A stretch of DNA of 64,000 bases from an uncultured Bacteroidales bacterium (GCA_963751705.1 CAVVVN010000004.1:149999-213998); one strand, 5' to 3'. Counted from the stretch's first letter, positions 38,110 to 48,147 are shown. The notes: a model not told the origin generated them from the letters alone. Translations and numbers: made by a program.

Positions 38110-39636
38110 ATGAAACTCAAAAGAACTGCTATTCTGGCAAGTCTTATCAGCCTGCTGGCCATTCCATCAGGTGCTCAACTCAGAACCTGGCTAAGCCTCG
38201 AATCCGGCCCTCAGTGGAGTCTGACCAAGGTGAGCGATCCCGGGGGTTATTTCCAGGGGGCCAATGTTCAAAGCGTAATGGCCGGAGCTACTATCGGACA
38301 GGAAATTCTTCCAAATCTGTCCCTGCATACCGGCCTCCTTTATATACCCCGGACCGATGGAATCGACATGACAGACCAGCGCCTGCACCAGGCCAGCTGG
38401 TCCGCCTACACCTCCATCCTGATCCCGCTGAGGGCCGAGTACATTGTTCAACCCACCGAATACCCGATTACCTTCACCCCCAGGATCGGATATGTATATC
38501 ACATTGACCTGCAGCCCGATGAGCTATATACGGCCAGTAGTATTCTGTCCGCACCGGACGGGACCGCTATATCTTACGATATTCAACAGCTTGCTGAAGA
38601 GGCCGTTTCTCATCTGCTGGAAATCGGCATTGGCCTGAATCTGCGTTTCCCCAACAAATGGCAGGCCTCCCTCAACCTCTCTTATATGACCGGCCTCTTG
38701 GGGACGCCCTCTTCCCTGTATTCCCTGGACTATTCCGATGGTACAGGGGCTCCCTCCTCCACCGAGTATACCTCGAAAGGAAACTCCCTGATTACCTCCA
38801 TGGCCCTGAATATCCCACTAAGTCAAATCTGGCAGAACAAGGATTACCGGGTACGGGCCCGAATTGAAAACTCAGTCTATAAAGGAAAGCCTGTAAACAG
38901 AAGGGGACAGGTTTACCTGGCGGCAGAACTGGGCTCCCTCTGGAGGAGTTTCAGCAGCACAAACCCGGCCATTGGGGCAAGGCCCATGGAGGACCGTGGA
39001 TTCTTTCGCTATTCCAACCTGCATACCGGATTATATGCCGGTTATATGCTCAGCGATGAACTGGGAATTGATATTGGGGCCTACTACCAGCGTTCCAGTA
39101 CCTTTTATGCGCTGATGTACGACCATGAAGTGGACTTTGTGAGCAACTTGCCGGCTCCGCTCTACCTGGAGGTTCCCCTGCGCTTCAGGTATTTTTATAA
39201 TGTGTATAAGGAGAAGATTCATCTGGTCTTTTATGGAGGTGCTTCCCTGCTGGCCACCTTTACCACAGGGGTCTATAACCAGAGATCTGCTCCATTCACC
39301 TATACTGCTCCCGGGAATCCGGTCCCCGTAACGGGGACCACCACACACGAAGCATCCGGGACCAGCTATCTTGCTCCTGTATTGCGGATGGGGACCGGTG
39401 TGGAATATAAACTTCCCACGGAATTCCCGCTGATCCTCACCCTCTATGTAAACTATATGCAAGGCTACCGGAATATGGCCCAAATTGAGGTTTCCAATAC
39501 CATCGCTGAAAGCCCGTCTCTATCCACCATTACCTACCGGGGTAGCGGCTGGAGCGCGGATCTGGGGATAAAAATCCCCTTCCGCTTCGGAGTTGGGGGG
39601 AAATGCGGAAAACTACCTGAAAGAGAAGCAAGATGA
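38110..39636 (+). CDS. Predicted outer-membrane beta-barrel protein that appears internally duplicated. Function unknown.
   Basis: Signal peptide MKLKRTAILASLISLLAIPSGAQ. There are two ~240-aa halves with parallel motifs: LSLESGPQWSL / AAELGSLWRSF; LSLHTGLLY / NLHTGLYAGY; LLEIGIGLNLRFP...LNLSYMTG / VLRMGTGVEYKLP...LYVNYMQG. I recognise no family. Confidence 0.45.
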   Translation: MKLKRTAILASLISLLAIPSGAQLRTWLSLESGPQWSLTKVSDPGGYFQGANVQSVMAGATIGQEILPNLSLHTGLLYIPRTDGIDMTDQRLHQASWSAYTSILIPLRAEYIVQPTEYPITFTPRIGYVYHIDLQPDELYTASSILSAPDGTAISYDIQQLAEEAVSHLLEIGIGLNLRFPNKWQASLNLSYMTGLLGTPSSLYSLDYSDGTGAPSSTEYTSKGNSLITSMALNIPLSQIWQNKDYRVRARIENSVYKGKPVNRRGQVYLAAELGSLWRSFSSTNPAIGARPMEDRGFFRYSNLHTGLYAGYMLSDELGIDIGAYYQRSSTFYALMYDHEVDFVSNLPAPLYLEVPLRFRYFYNVYKEKIHLVFYGGASLLATFTTGVYNQRSAPFTYTAPGNPVPVTGTTTHEASGTSYLAPVLRMGTGVEYKLPTEFPLILTLYVNYMQGYRNMAQIEVSNTIAESPSLSTITYRGSGWSADLGIKIPFRFGVGGKCGKLPEREAR

Positions 39637-40238
39637 GAACTGGTTTTTCCCTCGTAGTCCTGTTCTTTCTCCTGGTCCTGGGACTTCCCACTCCTGCGTG
39701 GACTCAGGGAGAAGTATTCCAGGTCGTGGATGTGATCGACTTGCCACCGGCCCTGAACAGCAGGCAGAGCGACTCCTGCCGGATAGAGTTCAGAGAGCAA
39801 TGGACCATAGATGTGGCAGGCTCTATGATCTCGAAAATAGTGAGTGAATATGGAATCACCTGCCACGACGGGACCCGGGAGGTTCCTGCCTCCGGAAAAA
39901 TTCTACGGATAAAAGATATCTCCTATGAATTTTTCTTCCTGGATCCTCATCAAACAGGGACCAAGGAGCTCCAGGCCGCTATCATTGCCCTGGTGGATGC
40001 CCGTTTTCCGGTGAATAAAATCTATAACCTGCCTGCACAACTGCTTTCCGTCCATTTTCATGAAGAGTGGGTGCTGGCACCCGCTCAGGGAGAGCTCAGG
40101 AAAAGGGTGCAGGGGTTCACCCCCGTTATCTGGCAACAGAGGCAGACTGCAGAGGGTAAGCCCGTTAATGACGCGGAATCCGGATTACCGGTCTTTTACA
40201 AACTGGAGCTTCCCCGGATAGACCTGCGTCAGCCATAG
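39633..40238 (+). CDS. Secreted protein of unknown function.
   Basis: Signal peptide MRTGFSLVVLFFLLVLGLPTPAWTQG. The ATGA start/stop overlap with the upstream barrel gene suggests translational coupling. I recognise no family. Confidence 0.45.
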   Translation: MRTGFSLVVLFFLLVLGLPTPAWTQGEVFQVVDVIDLPPALNSRQSDSCRIEFREQWTIDVAGSMISKIVSEYGITCHDGTREVPASGKILRIKDISYEFFFLDPHQTGTKELQAAIIALVDARFPVNKIYNLPAQLLSVHFHEEWVLAPAQGELRKRVQGFTPVIWQQRQTAEGKPVNDAESGLPVFYKLELPRIDLRQP

Positions 40239-40268
40239 CCGGATGCTTTCATTTGCCGGGTTTTTTTA
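40236..40268 (+). terminator. Possible weak intrinsic terminator after the coupled barrel/secreted gene pair.
   Basis: A short GC stem (CCGG...CCGG, 4-6 bp) is followed by a T7 run (40261-40267) immediately after the stop at 40238. The stem is weak. Confidence 0.3.
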
Positions 40269-40291
40269 TCTTTGGGAAAACCCGAATTCCT

Positions 40292-42079
40292 ATGTCCAGG
40301 GAGCAACTTCATCAGAATTATAAAGCAAGGATCCTTCAATTCAGTGAAGCGATTCAGCGCAAGACCAGGCGGATTGACCTTATTTCCCTGGCCAGGCTGG
40401 CAGTCCTGGTAGCACTGATCTGGTCCCTGGTGCTGGGTGTGAAGAACAATCAACTCCTTTTCTACCTGCTCTCCTTTCTGCTGCTGGTTCTTTTCCTGGT
40501 CCTGGTTAGCATTTTCAACAAACAGAAGGCTGAGCGGGAGTTGCTCAGGCAATTGCTTCTGCTCAATGAGAAAGAGCTTTCCTGTCTGGACCACGATTTC
40601 CAACATCTGCCCGATGGATCGGAATTTGCGGATACCTTTCACCCCTGGTCCCATGATCTGGATCTCTTTGGAAAAGGATCGCTTTTCCAGTACCTCAGTC
40701 GCACTGCCACACGGAAGGGAACACGGATACTGGCCGATCTGCTCACCAGAGAACCCTCTTCGGCCGGGGAGATCCAGGAGCGGCAGAGGATCGTAACAGA
40801 TCTGAAGGATCGCATCGATTTCAGGCAGCATTTCATCGCTTCGGGTCACCTTATAAATGAAAAGCCTGGCGATCTGGAGGATATCAGCAGCTGGCTGGAA
40901 AGCTCCACCTACATTCAAAAACACCGTTGGCTCTTTTATGTGGCCCTGGGAGTCTCCTTGGTCTCCCTTTCCCTGGCCATATGGATGATCTTCGATCCCT
41001 CCCGTTACTGGTATCTGCTTTATCTTTTTTTACTGAACCTGCTGCTGCTAAGCCCCTTTTTTCATCGTACACAGCAATACCAGCAGGTGATCTCCAAAAA
41101 ACATGAATTGCTCGAAGGCTATGCAGGTCTTCTTAAACAAATTGCACACAACTCCTTCCAACATTCTGAGCTACAGAAAAATGGAACGAAAGCCCGGGAA
41201 GGAATGCGGGAAGTAGCCAGGCTCTCCAGTTTGCTGCAGATTTTTGACCAGCGGCTGAATATGCTGCTGGGAGTAATTCTCAATGGTCTTTTTCTGTTCG
41301 ATTTTATCCTGCTTTTTCTCCTGGAGCGCTGGAAGAGCAGGAATCGGCAGGAGATCCTGGAGTGGATCCAGATCACCGGGTGGACCGATGCCATGATCAG
41401 TCTGGCCGGATTTGCTTGGAACCATCCGGACTATAACATGCCCACCGTGGATAAAACCCAGGAGCATGTGAATTTCCAGGGACTGGGTCATCCACTGATC
41501 CCTGATCACAAACGGGTAGTAAACGATCTTAAAATCCAGACGGAAAAGGTTTGTATCATCACCGGGGCCAATATGGCAGGTAAGTCTACCTTTTTACGAT
41601 CCATTGGAGTCAATATGGTGCTGACCTATGCCGGATGTCCGGTTTGCGCCACAAAGTTCCAGTGTGGATTCCTGGGCCTGTATTCCAGTATGCGTACGTC
41701 CGATTCACTGAAGGATGAGGAGTCTTACTTTCTGGCCGAAATCAAAAAGCTGCAGTTGATTGTGCAGCAGATGGAGAGTGGGAAACCCATGCTGATCCTC
41801 CTGGACGAGGTGCTGAAGGGAACCAATACCACCGACAAGAAACTTGGATCGGTGGGTTTGATTCGAAAGTCACTGCGCTATCCGGTCCGCTGCTTCATTG
41901 CCACTCATGATCTCTCTCTGGGAGATCTTGAAAAAAAGCATGCTGGCGACGTGGTGAACTACTGTTTCGAGAGCTACATTGAAGATATGGAACTTATTTT
42001 TGACTATACCATCCGCAAAGGGATAGCCACCAATATGAACGCCTCCTTCCTGATGAAAAAGATGGGAATTGTGGATTAA
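40292..42079 (+). CDS. Membrane-anchored MutS-related protein (MutS domain V ABC-type ATPase only).
   Basis: N-terminal and central TM helices (LARLAVLVALIWSLVLG, LLFYLLSFLLLVLFLVLV, LFYVALGVSLVSLSLAIWMIF...). C-terminal Walker A ITGANMAGKSTFLRSIG, Walker B LILLDEVLKGTNTTDK and ATHD. No mismatch-binding, Smr or endonuclease domain is visible. The ATG at 40292 is preferred over the TTG at 40253. Confidence 0.8.
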   Translation: MSREQLHQNYKARILQFSEAIQRKTRRIDLISLARLAVLVALIWSLVLGVKNNQLLFYLLSFLLLVLFLVLVSIFNKQKAERELLRQLLLLNEKELSCLDHDFQHLPDGSEFADTFHPWSHDLDLFGKGSLFQYLSRTATRKGTRILADLLTREPSSAGEIQERQRIVTDLKDRIDFRQHFIASGHLINEKPGDLEDISSWLESSTYIQKHRWLFYVALGVSLVSLSLAIWMIFDPSRYWYLLYLFLLNLLLLSPFFHRTQQYQQVISKKHELLEGYAGLLKQIAHNSFQHSELQKNGTKAREGMREVARLSSLLQIFDQRLNMLLGVILNGLFLFDFILLFLLERWKSRNRQEILEWIQITGWTDAMISLAGFAWNHPDYNMPTVDKTQEHVNFQGLGHPLIPDHKRVVNDLKIQTEKVCIITGANMAGKSTFLRSIGVNMVLTYAGCPVCATKFQCGFLGLYSSMRTSDSLKDEESYFLAEIKKLQLIVQQMESGKPMLILLDEVLKGTNTTDKKLGSVGLIRKSLRYPVRCFIATHDLSLGDLEKKHAGDVVNYCFESYIEDMELIFDYTIRKGIATNMNASFLMKKMGIVD

Positions 42080-42088
42080 ACCGTGCAA

Positions 42089-43504
42089 ATGAGCCCGCAA
42101 AGCGATCTGATCACCCGGAATGACTCCATCTCTGTCGCCGAAAGGCTGATTACCGGTTTTTCGGATCTGGCCTGGGGAACCCCCTTACTGATCCTCCTGC
42201 TGGGGGGAGGTCTCTTCTTTCTGCTTTACTCCAGGATGTTGCCTTTCAGATATTTTCGACATGCGCTTGCCATTCTGCTGGGCCGCTACGATGATCCTGA
42301 TGAACCAGGGCATATCAGCCATTACCAGGCCCTCTCCACGGCCCTGGCTGCCACCGTAGGCATGGGTAACATCACAGGTGTGGCACTGGCCATTACCATG
42401 GGAGGGCCCGGAGCGATCTTCTGGATGTGGGTTAGCGCCCTGCTGGGAGTGACCACCAAGTACTTTACCTGTACCCTGGCTGTTATGTTCCGGGGACGCG
42501 ACTCCCGCGGGGAGTTGCAGGGCGGACCCATGTATGTCATTGTGGAGGGCCTGGGACGAAACTGGCGTCCCCTGGCTATTTTCTTCTCCCTGATGGGTAT
42601 GATCGGGGTGCTTCCCATGTTCCAGGTTAACCAGCTCACCCAGGTGGTCCGGGATGTGGTACTGATCCCCAACCAGGTGGGAGCGGGTTTTACTTCCGAC
42701 CTGATCTCCGGGCTCCTGGTGGCCCTCCTCGTGGGAATAGTCATCTTCGGGGGGATCAAACGGATCGGAAAGGTGACCGGCCGGATGGTTCCCCTCATGG
42801 TTGCCCTCTATGTGCTGCTGGTCCTGTACATCATATTTTCCAACCCCGGGAATATTCTTCCCAGCTTTGCCCTGATTTTCCGGGATGCCTTTACTGCCAA
42901 ATCGGTACTGGGAGGATCGCTGGGGGCCCTGATTATCACGGGTGTCAGACGGGCCGCATTCTCCAACGAAGCAGGCATCGGAACCGCCCCCATGGCGCAT
43001 GGGGCTGCCAAAACCAACGAACCGGTGAGGGAGGGCCTGGTGGCCATGCTGGGACCGGTGGTCGACACCATTGTGGTCTGCACGATGACCGCCCTGGCGC
43101 TGATCATGACCGGAGTCTGGAATGCCGGGGAATCGGACGGGATAACCATGACTGCGGATGCATTTGAACAGGCTATGCCGGGAATTGGCCCCTACCTTCT
43201 GACCATCTGTGTGGCTGTCTTTTCGCTCTCCACCATGCTCTCGTTCCCTTACTACGGTACCAAATGTTTCTCTTTTATTTTCGGTGCCAGACACAGTTAT
43301 CTCTATCTTTGGTTCTACCTGGTCACCATCCCGGTGGGTGCCACAGCCACCCTGGAAACTGTTGTGGGGATCTTTGACGGTGCATATGCCATGATGGCTT
43401 TCCCTACCATGATCTCGGCCCTCTTGCTCTCTCCTCATGTGTTGAGGGCCTCCAAAGACTACTTCAAGCGTTTGAAAAAAAATCCAACTTATGGAAAAAC
43501 TTAA
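42089..43504 (+). CDS. Alanine/glycine:cation symporter (AGCS) family transporter.
   Basis: ISHYQALSTALAATVGMGNITGVALAITMGGPGAIFWMW and RAAFSNEAGIGTAPMAHGAA are AGCS family signatures. Confidence 0.92.
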   Translation: MSPQSDLITRNDSISVAERLITGFSDLAWGTPLLILLLGGGLFFLLYSRMLPFRYFRHALAILLGRYDDPDEPGHISHYQALSTALAATVGMGNITGVALAITMGGPGAIFWMWVSALLGVTTKYFTCTLAVMFRGRDSRGELQGGPMYVIVEGLGRNWRPLAIFFSLMGMIGVLPMFQVNQLTQVVRDVVLIPNQVGAGFTSDLISGLLVALLVGIVIFGGIKRIGKVTGRMVPLMVALYVLLVLYIIFSNPGNILPSFALIFRDAFTAKSVLGGSLGALIITGVRRAAFSNEAGIGTAPMAHGAAKTNEPVREGLVAMLGPVVDTIVVCTMTALALIMTGVWNAGESDGITMTADAFEQAMPGIGPYLLTICVAVFSLSTMLSFPYYGTKCFSFIFGARHSYLYLWFYLVTIPVGATATLETVVGIFDGAYAMMAFPTMISALLLSPHVLRASKDYFKRLKKNPTYGKT

Positions 43505-45050
43505 ATCCTGGCTGCAGCAGTATTACATTGTGCTGCTATTTGCCCTGGCCAAGCTGATCCTTCACCTGGTAACCGCCACCCACTATGGCCTGCACCGTGA
43601 TGCCTACCTCTACCTGGCCCAGTCCCGGCACCTGGACTGGGGGTTTTTCAGCACCCCTCCCCTGGTGGCTTTCATCACCCGGATCCATACCTGGATCTGG
43701 GGGGACTCCGTCCTGGCCGTCCGCCTGCTTCCGGCCCTGGTGGGTGCTGTGAGCCTGTTCCTCGTGGGCTGGTTGATCAAACAACTGAAAGGGGGTAGCA
43801 TGGCCCTGGTGCTGGGATTGTCAGCCTATTTTGTTTCTCCTGCATTTCTCCGACCGGCGGTTTTACTGCAACCCGTTATTTTCAACCACCTGTTCTGGCT
43901 ACTGGCAGCCGTGGTGGTTTTTCAGCTGGTTCGGAAACAGGATCCCAGGTACCTGCTCTGGATGATCCCCGTCCTTGGACTGGGCTGGCTCACAAAATAC
44001 TCCATTGTTTTCTACGGCTTTGCATTGTTGACCGCCCTGGTGATCAGCGGGAACCGGAAACTCCTCTGGAGCTGGCAGCTTCCGGTGGCCCTGGCGGGCG
44101 GACTGCTGGTGATCCTGCCCAACCTGATCTGGCAATACCAGCACAACTGGCCGGTGATCTCCCACATGACAGAACTTCAGGAAACACAACTGGGAAATGT
44201 CCTGCTGAAAGATTTCCTCCTTGGCCAGTTCTTCATGCACCTGCCGGCGTTCCCCATCTGGCTGGGCGGACTGGTCTGGCTGTTTTTCCATAAGGAGCAT
44301 CGCAAATTCAGGGTGTTTGCCTGGGCCTTTGTCATTACCCTGCTTTTGATCATTCTGCTCCGGGGCAAATTCTATTATACCATCGCTGCCTACACCATCC
44401 TGGTGGTTTTCGGGGGCCTGGCCTGGGAAAGATGGTCCAAAGGTTCCTGGAACTTCCTGGGATGGCTGGTGCTGGGGATCATACTGAGCACTGGTCTTTT
44501 TGTGCTGCCCTTCAGCCTCCCGGTGTATAAGCCTGGAAAAATGGTGGAGTACGACAAAAAACAGGTCCAGCGGGGACTGGACATAATGCTCAAATGGGAA
44601 GATGGCCAGGTGCACGAACTGCCCCAGGACTATGCAGATATGGTGGGCTGGGACGAACTGGGTGAGAAAGTCTGGGCCTTCTACGATTCACTGCCGGAGC
44701 CGGTCAGGAAAAACACGGTGGTGTACGGAGAATTCTACGGGGCCGCCGGTGCGGTTCAGTACTACCGGCCAGACCGCAGCTATCCCGAAGTTTACAGCTT
44801 TAATGATGCCTTTATGGAATGGATCCCCAGAGATCACCCCCTGGAGCATGTGATCTATATCGGCTATTCGGATCGCCTGCCCCTGTATTTTGATGAATTG
44901 CAGCTGGTGGGGACCGTGGAGCATCCTTATTTCAGGGAACGGGGTTTATCCATCCATTTTGGTTCCGGACCAACTCCTAAGCTTTATGAGGACTGGGAGG
45001 ACACCTGGCTTCAGACCCGGGGGCGTTTTACCAGGAACCTGGATCCCTGA
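43491..45050 (+). CDS. Glycosyltransferase family 39 (ArnT / dolichyl-phosphate-mannose mannosyltransferase-like) membrane protein.
   Basis: The N-terminus has HYGLHRDAYLYLAQSRHLDWGFFSTPP (DxY/E loop after TM1), about 11 TM helices and a soluble C-terminal domain. Confidence 0.8.
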   Translation: MEKLKSWLQQYYIVLLFALAKLILHLVTATHYGLHRDAYLYLAQSRHLDWGFFSTPPLVAFITRIHTWIWGDSVLAVRLLPALVGAVSLFLVGWLIKQLKGGSMALVLGLSAYFVSPAFLRPAVLLQPVIFNHLFWLLAAVVVFQLVRKQDPRYLLWMIPVLGLGWLTKYSIVFYGFALLTALVISGNRKLLWSWQLPVALAGGLLVILPNLIWQYQHNWPVISHMTELQETQLGNVLLKDFLLGQFFMHLPAFPIWLGGLVWLFFHKEHRKFRVFAWAFVITLLLIILLRGKFYYTIAAYTILVVFGGLAWERWSKGSWNFLGWLVLGIILSTGLFVLPFSLPVYKPGKMVEYDKKQVQRGLDIMLKWEDGQVHELPQDYADMVGWDELGEKVWAFYDSLPEPVRKNTVVYGEFYGAAGAVQYYRPDRSYPEVYSFNDAFMEWIPRDHPLEHVIYIGYSDRLPLYFDELQLVGTVEHPYFRERGLSIHFGSGPTPKLYEDWEDTWLQTRGRFTRNLDP

Positions 45051-45071
45051 TGCCTGGCAGATCAGTTAAGC

Positions 45072-46484
45072 TTACTGATCCTGAAGCTTCCTGGTGGCCC
45101 TCTGGAACTGCCTGAAGCTAACTGGCCTGGCCAGGATGGTCTGCTCGTTATCCAGCAGGAAAAGAGAGGGAGTGGCATAGAGGTGGTAAGCGGAGGGAAT
45201 CCTTCCGTACCAACCCTGGGCATCGTGAACAGTAATCCATTGAGGTTTAAGATTTTCTATATACTGCCCGAACTCTGAAACGGAGGTATCTATGGAGATG
45301 GCTACCACTTCCAATCCAATCCTGTTTTCTTCCAGGTACCACTTCTGCAATTCCGGCAACAGGTCCCGGCAATGGTCACAGGTGCTGGCCCAGAACATCA
45401 CCAGCACATAGGGTGCAGAAAGATCGGAGAGACGAAAACTTGTGCCCTTTACATCGCTAATAGAAAAATCGGGTGCTCGCTGACCCCTGGTCATCTCCTT
45501 GTATCCTTCCATCCGGGCGTAGATCAGTTCTACCAGGTCCGTTTCACAGGCCTGGTCCAGGTAGTGCTCCAGCAGGTGCAGCTGTGCCTGCTCCATATCC
45601 AGCATTTCAAAACCCTCCAGAAGGAACTCCACCACAAAAATTCGAAGTTCTTGCTGGTCAGACACATGCAGCATGATCTGATCCACCGCCCCTATAAACT
45701 CCCGATCCTGCTGCTCCCTGGACAGGGTATCCACTTTATAAAGAGAGAGATAATCGATCAGTTTAAAGGGATACACCGGGGCCGAAAGTAGGAGGGGATC
45801 GTCAATGGCGGCCTGATCGAAGAAACATGCTTTCAGGGTGTCGATGCGCTGCCTGTGGGTCATCTCTCCGGGGATTGTTGGGGCCCTGAAGGCATTCATG
45901 ATCCGCACTGCATAAAGATCGGGATAGAGCCCCGAGATGGAATCCATGTACCGGATCCGTTCCGACTGAAGGGAATTATAACGATTCACAGCCGCATCAT
46001 GCCTGGTTTCCTTTCCACTCCGGGTGGGAGATAGTTCCTGGTAGAGACTCATTAATTGAGCCTCATACTCCAGTTCAAACTCCATAAATCGGGAATATAC
46101 CTGGTTCTCCAGGGATGTTTCAAAATAGGGGACCGGACCCCGGTCCGTGGAGGCTACATTGATCTCCAGGCTCTCCTGCTTGAATATGAATTCCACAAAT
46201 CTGTTCTGGCTTCGGACTTCACCGGTCCTGTCGGCAAAAATAATCCGGTAGATGCCCGTGGGGGCCTCTTCTGAAAGTATAAAATGGAAGGATCCCGACT
46301 GGGAATCCAGACTGTCGATGACCCTGAAACGATCGCCATAATAGGAGGCGAGCAAGATCTTCCCCTCTTCGCAATTTTCAATGGTCCCCTGTATGAACCA
46401 AGGCTGGCCCTGGAGTAGAGCAAAGGGTCCCAGCAGGAATCCGAGAATCATGGCCAGCGGTCTCATTCTGAAAGTTTTCCCCAT
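45072..46484 (-). CDS. Thioredoxin-fold (TlpA/AhpC-TSA-like) thiol-disulfide oxidoreductase with a long N-terminal extension, secreted.
   Basis: The C-terminal domain has APDFSISDVKGTSFRLSDLSAPYVLVMFWASTCDHCRDLLPEL (CxxC = CDHC). The start at 46484 or 46466 (MRPLAMILGFLLGPFALLQGQ signal) is preferred. The longer tracked ORF would overlap the divergent desaturase gene. Confidence 0.8.
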   Translation of the reverse strand: MGKTFRMRPLAMILGFLLGPFALLQGQPWFIQGTIENCEEGKILLASYYGDRFRVIDSLDSQSGSFHFILSEEAPTGIYRIIFADRTGEVRSQNRFVEFIFKQESLEINVASTDRGPVPYFETSLENQVYSRFMEFELEYEAQLMSLYQELSPTRSGKETRHDAAVNRYNSLQSERIRYMDSISGLYPDLYAVRIMNAFRAPTIPGEMTHRQRIDTLKACFFDQAAIDDPLLLSAPVYPFKLIDYLSLYKVDTLSREQQDREFIGAVDQIMLHVSDQQELRIFVVEFLLEGFEMLDMEQAQLHLLEHYLDQACETDLVELIYARMEGYKEMTRGQRAPDFSISDVKGTSFRLSDLSAPYVLVMFWASTCDHCRDLLPELQKWYLEENRIGLEVVAISIDTSVSEFGQYIENLKPQWITVHDAQGWYGRIPSAYHLYATPSLFLLDNEQTILARPVSFRQFQRATRKLQDQ

Positions 46485-46563
46485 GAAAGTAGTAAATTGA
46501 ATCCTGTTTTCTTTTAAAACACAACGCAGCGAACCAAATATTAGTCTAACTTGTTTTATAATT

Positions 46564-47580
46564 ATGGAAAAAGAGCGAAAACAGAATCCTGCCTGGATAG
46601 AGGTGATCAGCAAATATAACATGCCCGATACAAAATCCAGTATCTGGCAGATTATCAATTCACTGGGTCCCTATATACTGCTTTGGATCGCCATGTACTA
46701 CAGTCTGGGTATCTCTTATCTGCTGACCCTGGGACTGGCCATTCTGGCAGCCGGCTTCCTGGTTCGCATGTTCATAATTTTCCACGATTGCGGGCATGGA
46801 TCTTTTTTTCGCAGCACCAGGGCTAACCGGATCGTGGGAACCATCCTGGGCAGCCTGGTATTCACTCCTTATGACAGGTGGCACCTGGATCATTCCATCC
46901 ATCATAAAACGGTTGGAAACCTGGATAAGAGAGGCCAGGGAGATGTCTGGACCCTCACAGTCGAAGAGTATGAGCAACTCTCCAGGCGAAAAAAGTTGTT
47001 CTACCGTGTCTACCGGCATCCCATCATCCTTTTTGGCATCGGTTCCTTCTTGCTGTTTGTTATCTGGTTTCGTTTTACCCGCAAAGGCATGGGAAAACCA
47101 GAACGCAGAAGCGTTTACATTACCAACCTCATTATCCTCCTGTTCAGTTCGGTCCTTATCCTGCTGATGGGCTGGAAAGCATTTCTTCTGATTCAGCTTC
47201 CCGTGATTTATATAGCTACCGTGGCGGGGGTCTGGCTCTTCTATGTGCAGCATCAGTATGAAGACGTGATCTGGACGAGGCAGGAGGAATGGGATTACAA
47301 AAAAATGGCCCTGGAAGGTAGCTCATTCCTGAGGTTCCCCAGGGTGCTGCAATGGTTTTCAGGAAATATTGGATATCACCACATACATCACCTCAGTCCA
47401 AAGATTCCCAATTACAATCTGGAAAGATGCCATAAGGACAACCCCATGTTCGCGGAGATTAAACCGGTCACCTTTGTTCCCAGTATACGTACCATGTCCC
47501 TCCGGCTATGGAACGAAAAGGCGGGCAGGCTCATTAGCTTCAGACAATTCCGAAAACAAAGCACTGCCCCCTCTTTATAA
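46564..47580 (+). CDS. Membrane fatty-acid desaturase.
   Basis: Three histidine boxes: HDCGH, HSIHH (in HLDHSIHHKTVGNLD) and HHIHH. There are TM pairs between the boxes. Confidence 0.9.
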   Translation: MEKERKQNPAWIEVISKYNMPDTKSSIWQIINSLGPYILLWIAMYYSLGISYLLTLGLAILAAGFLVRMFIIFHDCGHGSFFRSTRANRIVGTILGSLVFTPYDRWHLDHSIHHKTVGNLDKRGQGDVWTLTVEEYEQLSRRKKLFYRVYRHPIILFGIGSFLLFVIWFRFTRKGMGKPERRSVYITNLIILLFSSVLILLMGWKAFLLIQLPVIYIATVAGVWLFYVQHQYEDVIWTRQEEWDYKKMALEGSSFLRFPRVLQWFSGNIGYHHIHHLSPKIPNYNLERCHKDNPMFAEIKPVTFVPSIRTMSLRLWNEKAGRLISFRQFRKQSTAPSL

Positions 47581-47604
47581 GCCACAGGGTCCAGCGTCGA
47601 ATAA

Positions 47605-48147
47605 CTACCACAGATATCGGATCCCGCTGTGAAGAAGCAGGGAAACAGGCACAGCACTTCCAAATACCGGTTCTACCCGGAATCCCAGGGGAACCCTGAA
47701 AGAACCACCGACCTCCAGCTCGTATCCTGCACCCAGCAGAAGTCCCAGATTAGTTCCGCCACTATTAAAAATATGGACCGACGGACCGGCCTGAAGATAC
47801 AGGTTTTCACCAATCATCTTCTTAAAGCTAAGCCCGATATTGGTGGTCCATTCGGACCGCCAGCGGGAGCCTGAATAATACCCATCCGACCACCTGTATT
47901 CCCAGTAATAGAGCCTATTCGATCCCACTTCACCAACCAGGAAAAGGCCCGGTTTCATCTCATATTCAGCGATCCCTTTGAGGATGATTCCAGTATTATC
48001 CCACTCCTCCAGGGGGCTGTAATCTATGGCATTTTCAATATCCACAATGGTATACCCTGCCCCGACCACCAGTCCAACTGATCTGAACTGGGCGGTGGCC
48101 ATGCTCAGAGTCAGCACTCCGGCCAAAACTAGTCCAATCCGTTTCAT
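47605..48147 (-). CDS. Small outer-membrane beta-barrel (porin-family-like) protein.
   Basis: Signal peptide MKRIGLVLAGVLTLSMATAQ, alternating beta-strand pattern and a C-terminal aromatic residue (...GIRYLW). Confidence 0.55.
   Translation of the reverse strand: MKRIGLVLAGVLTLSMATAQFRSVGLVVGAGYTIVDIENAIDYSPLEEWDNTGIILKGIAEYEMKPGLFLVGEVGSNRLYYWEYRWSDGYYSGSRWRSEWTTNIGLSFKKMIGENLYLQAGPSVHIFNSGGTNLGLLLGAGYELEVGGSFRVPLGFRVEPVFGSAVPVSLLLHSGIRYLW

Noticed and set aside
42185-43438. A 417-aa ORF antisense to the alanine/glycine:cation symporter gene.
   Set aside because: It is in the same codon register as the sense gene (both coordinates are 2 mod 3). Antisense stops therefore arise only from sense TTA/CTA/TCA codons, which this gene avoids. 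The product is Gly/His/Arg/Pro/Gln-rich with no recognisable fold, whereas the sense strand has unmistakable AGCS signatures. It is a shadow ORF.
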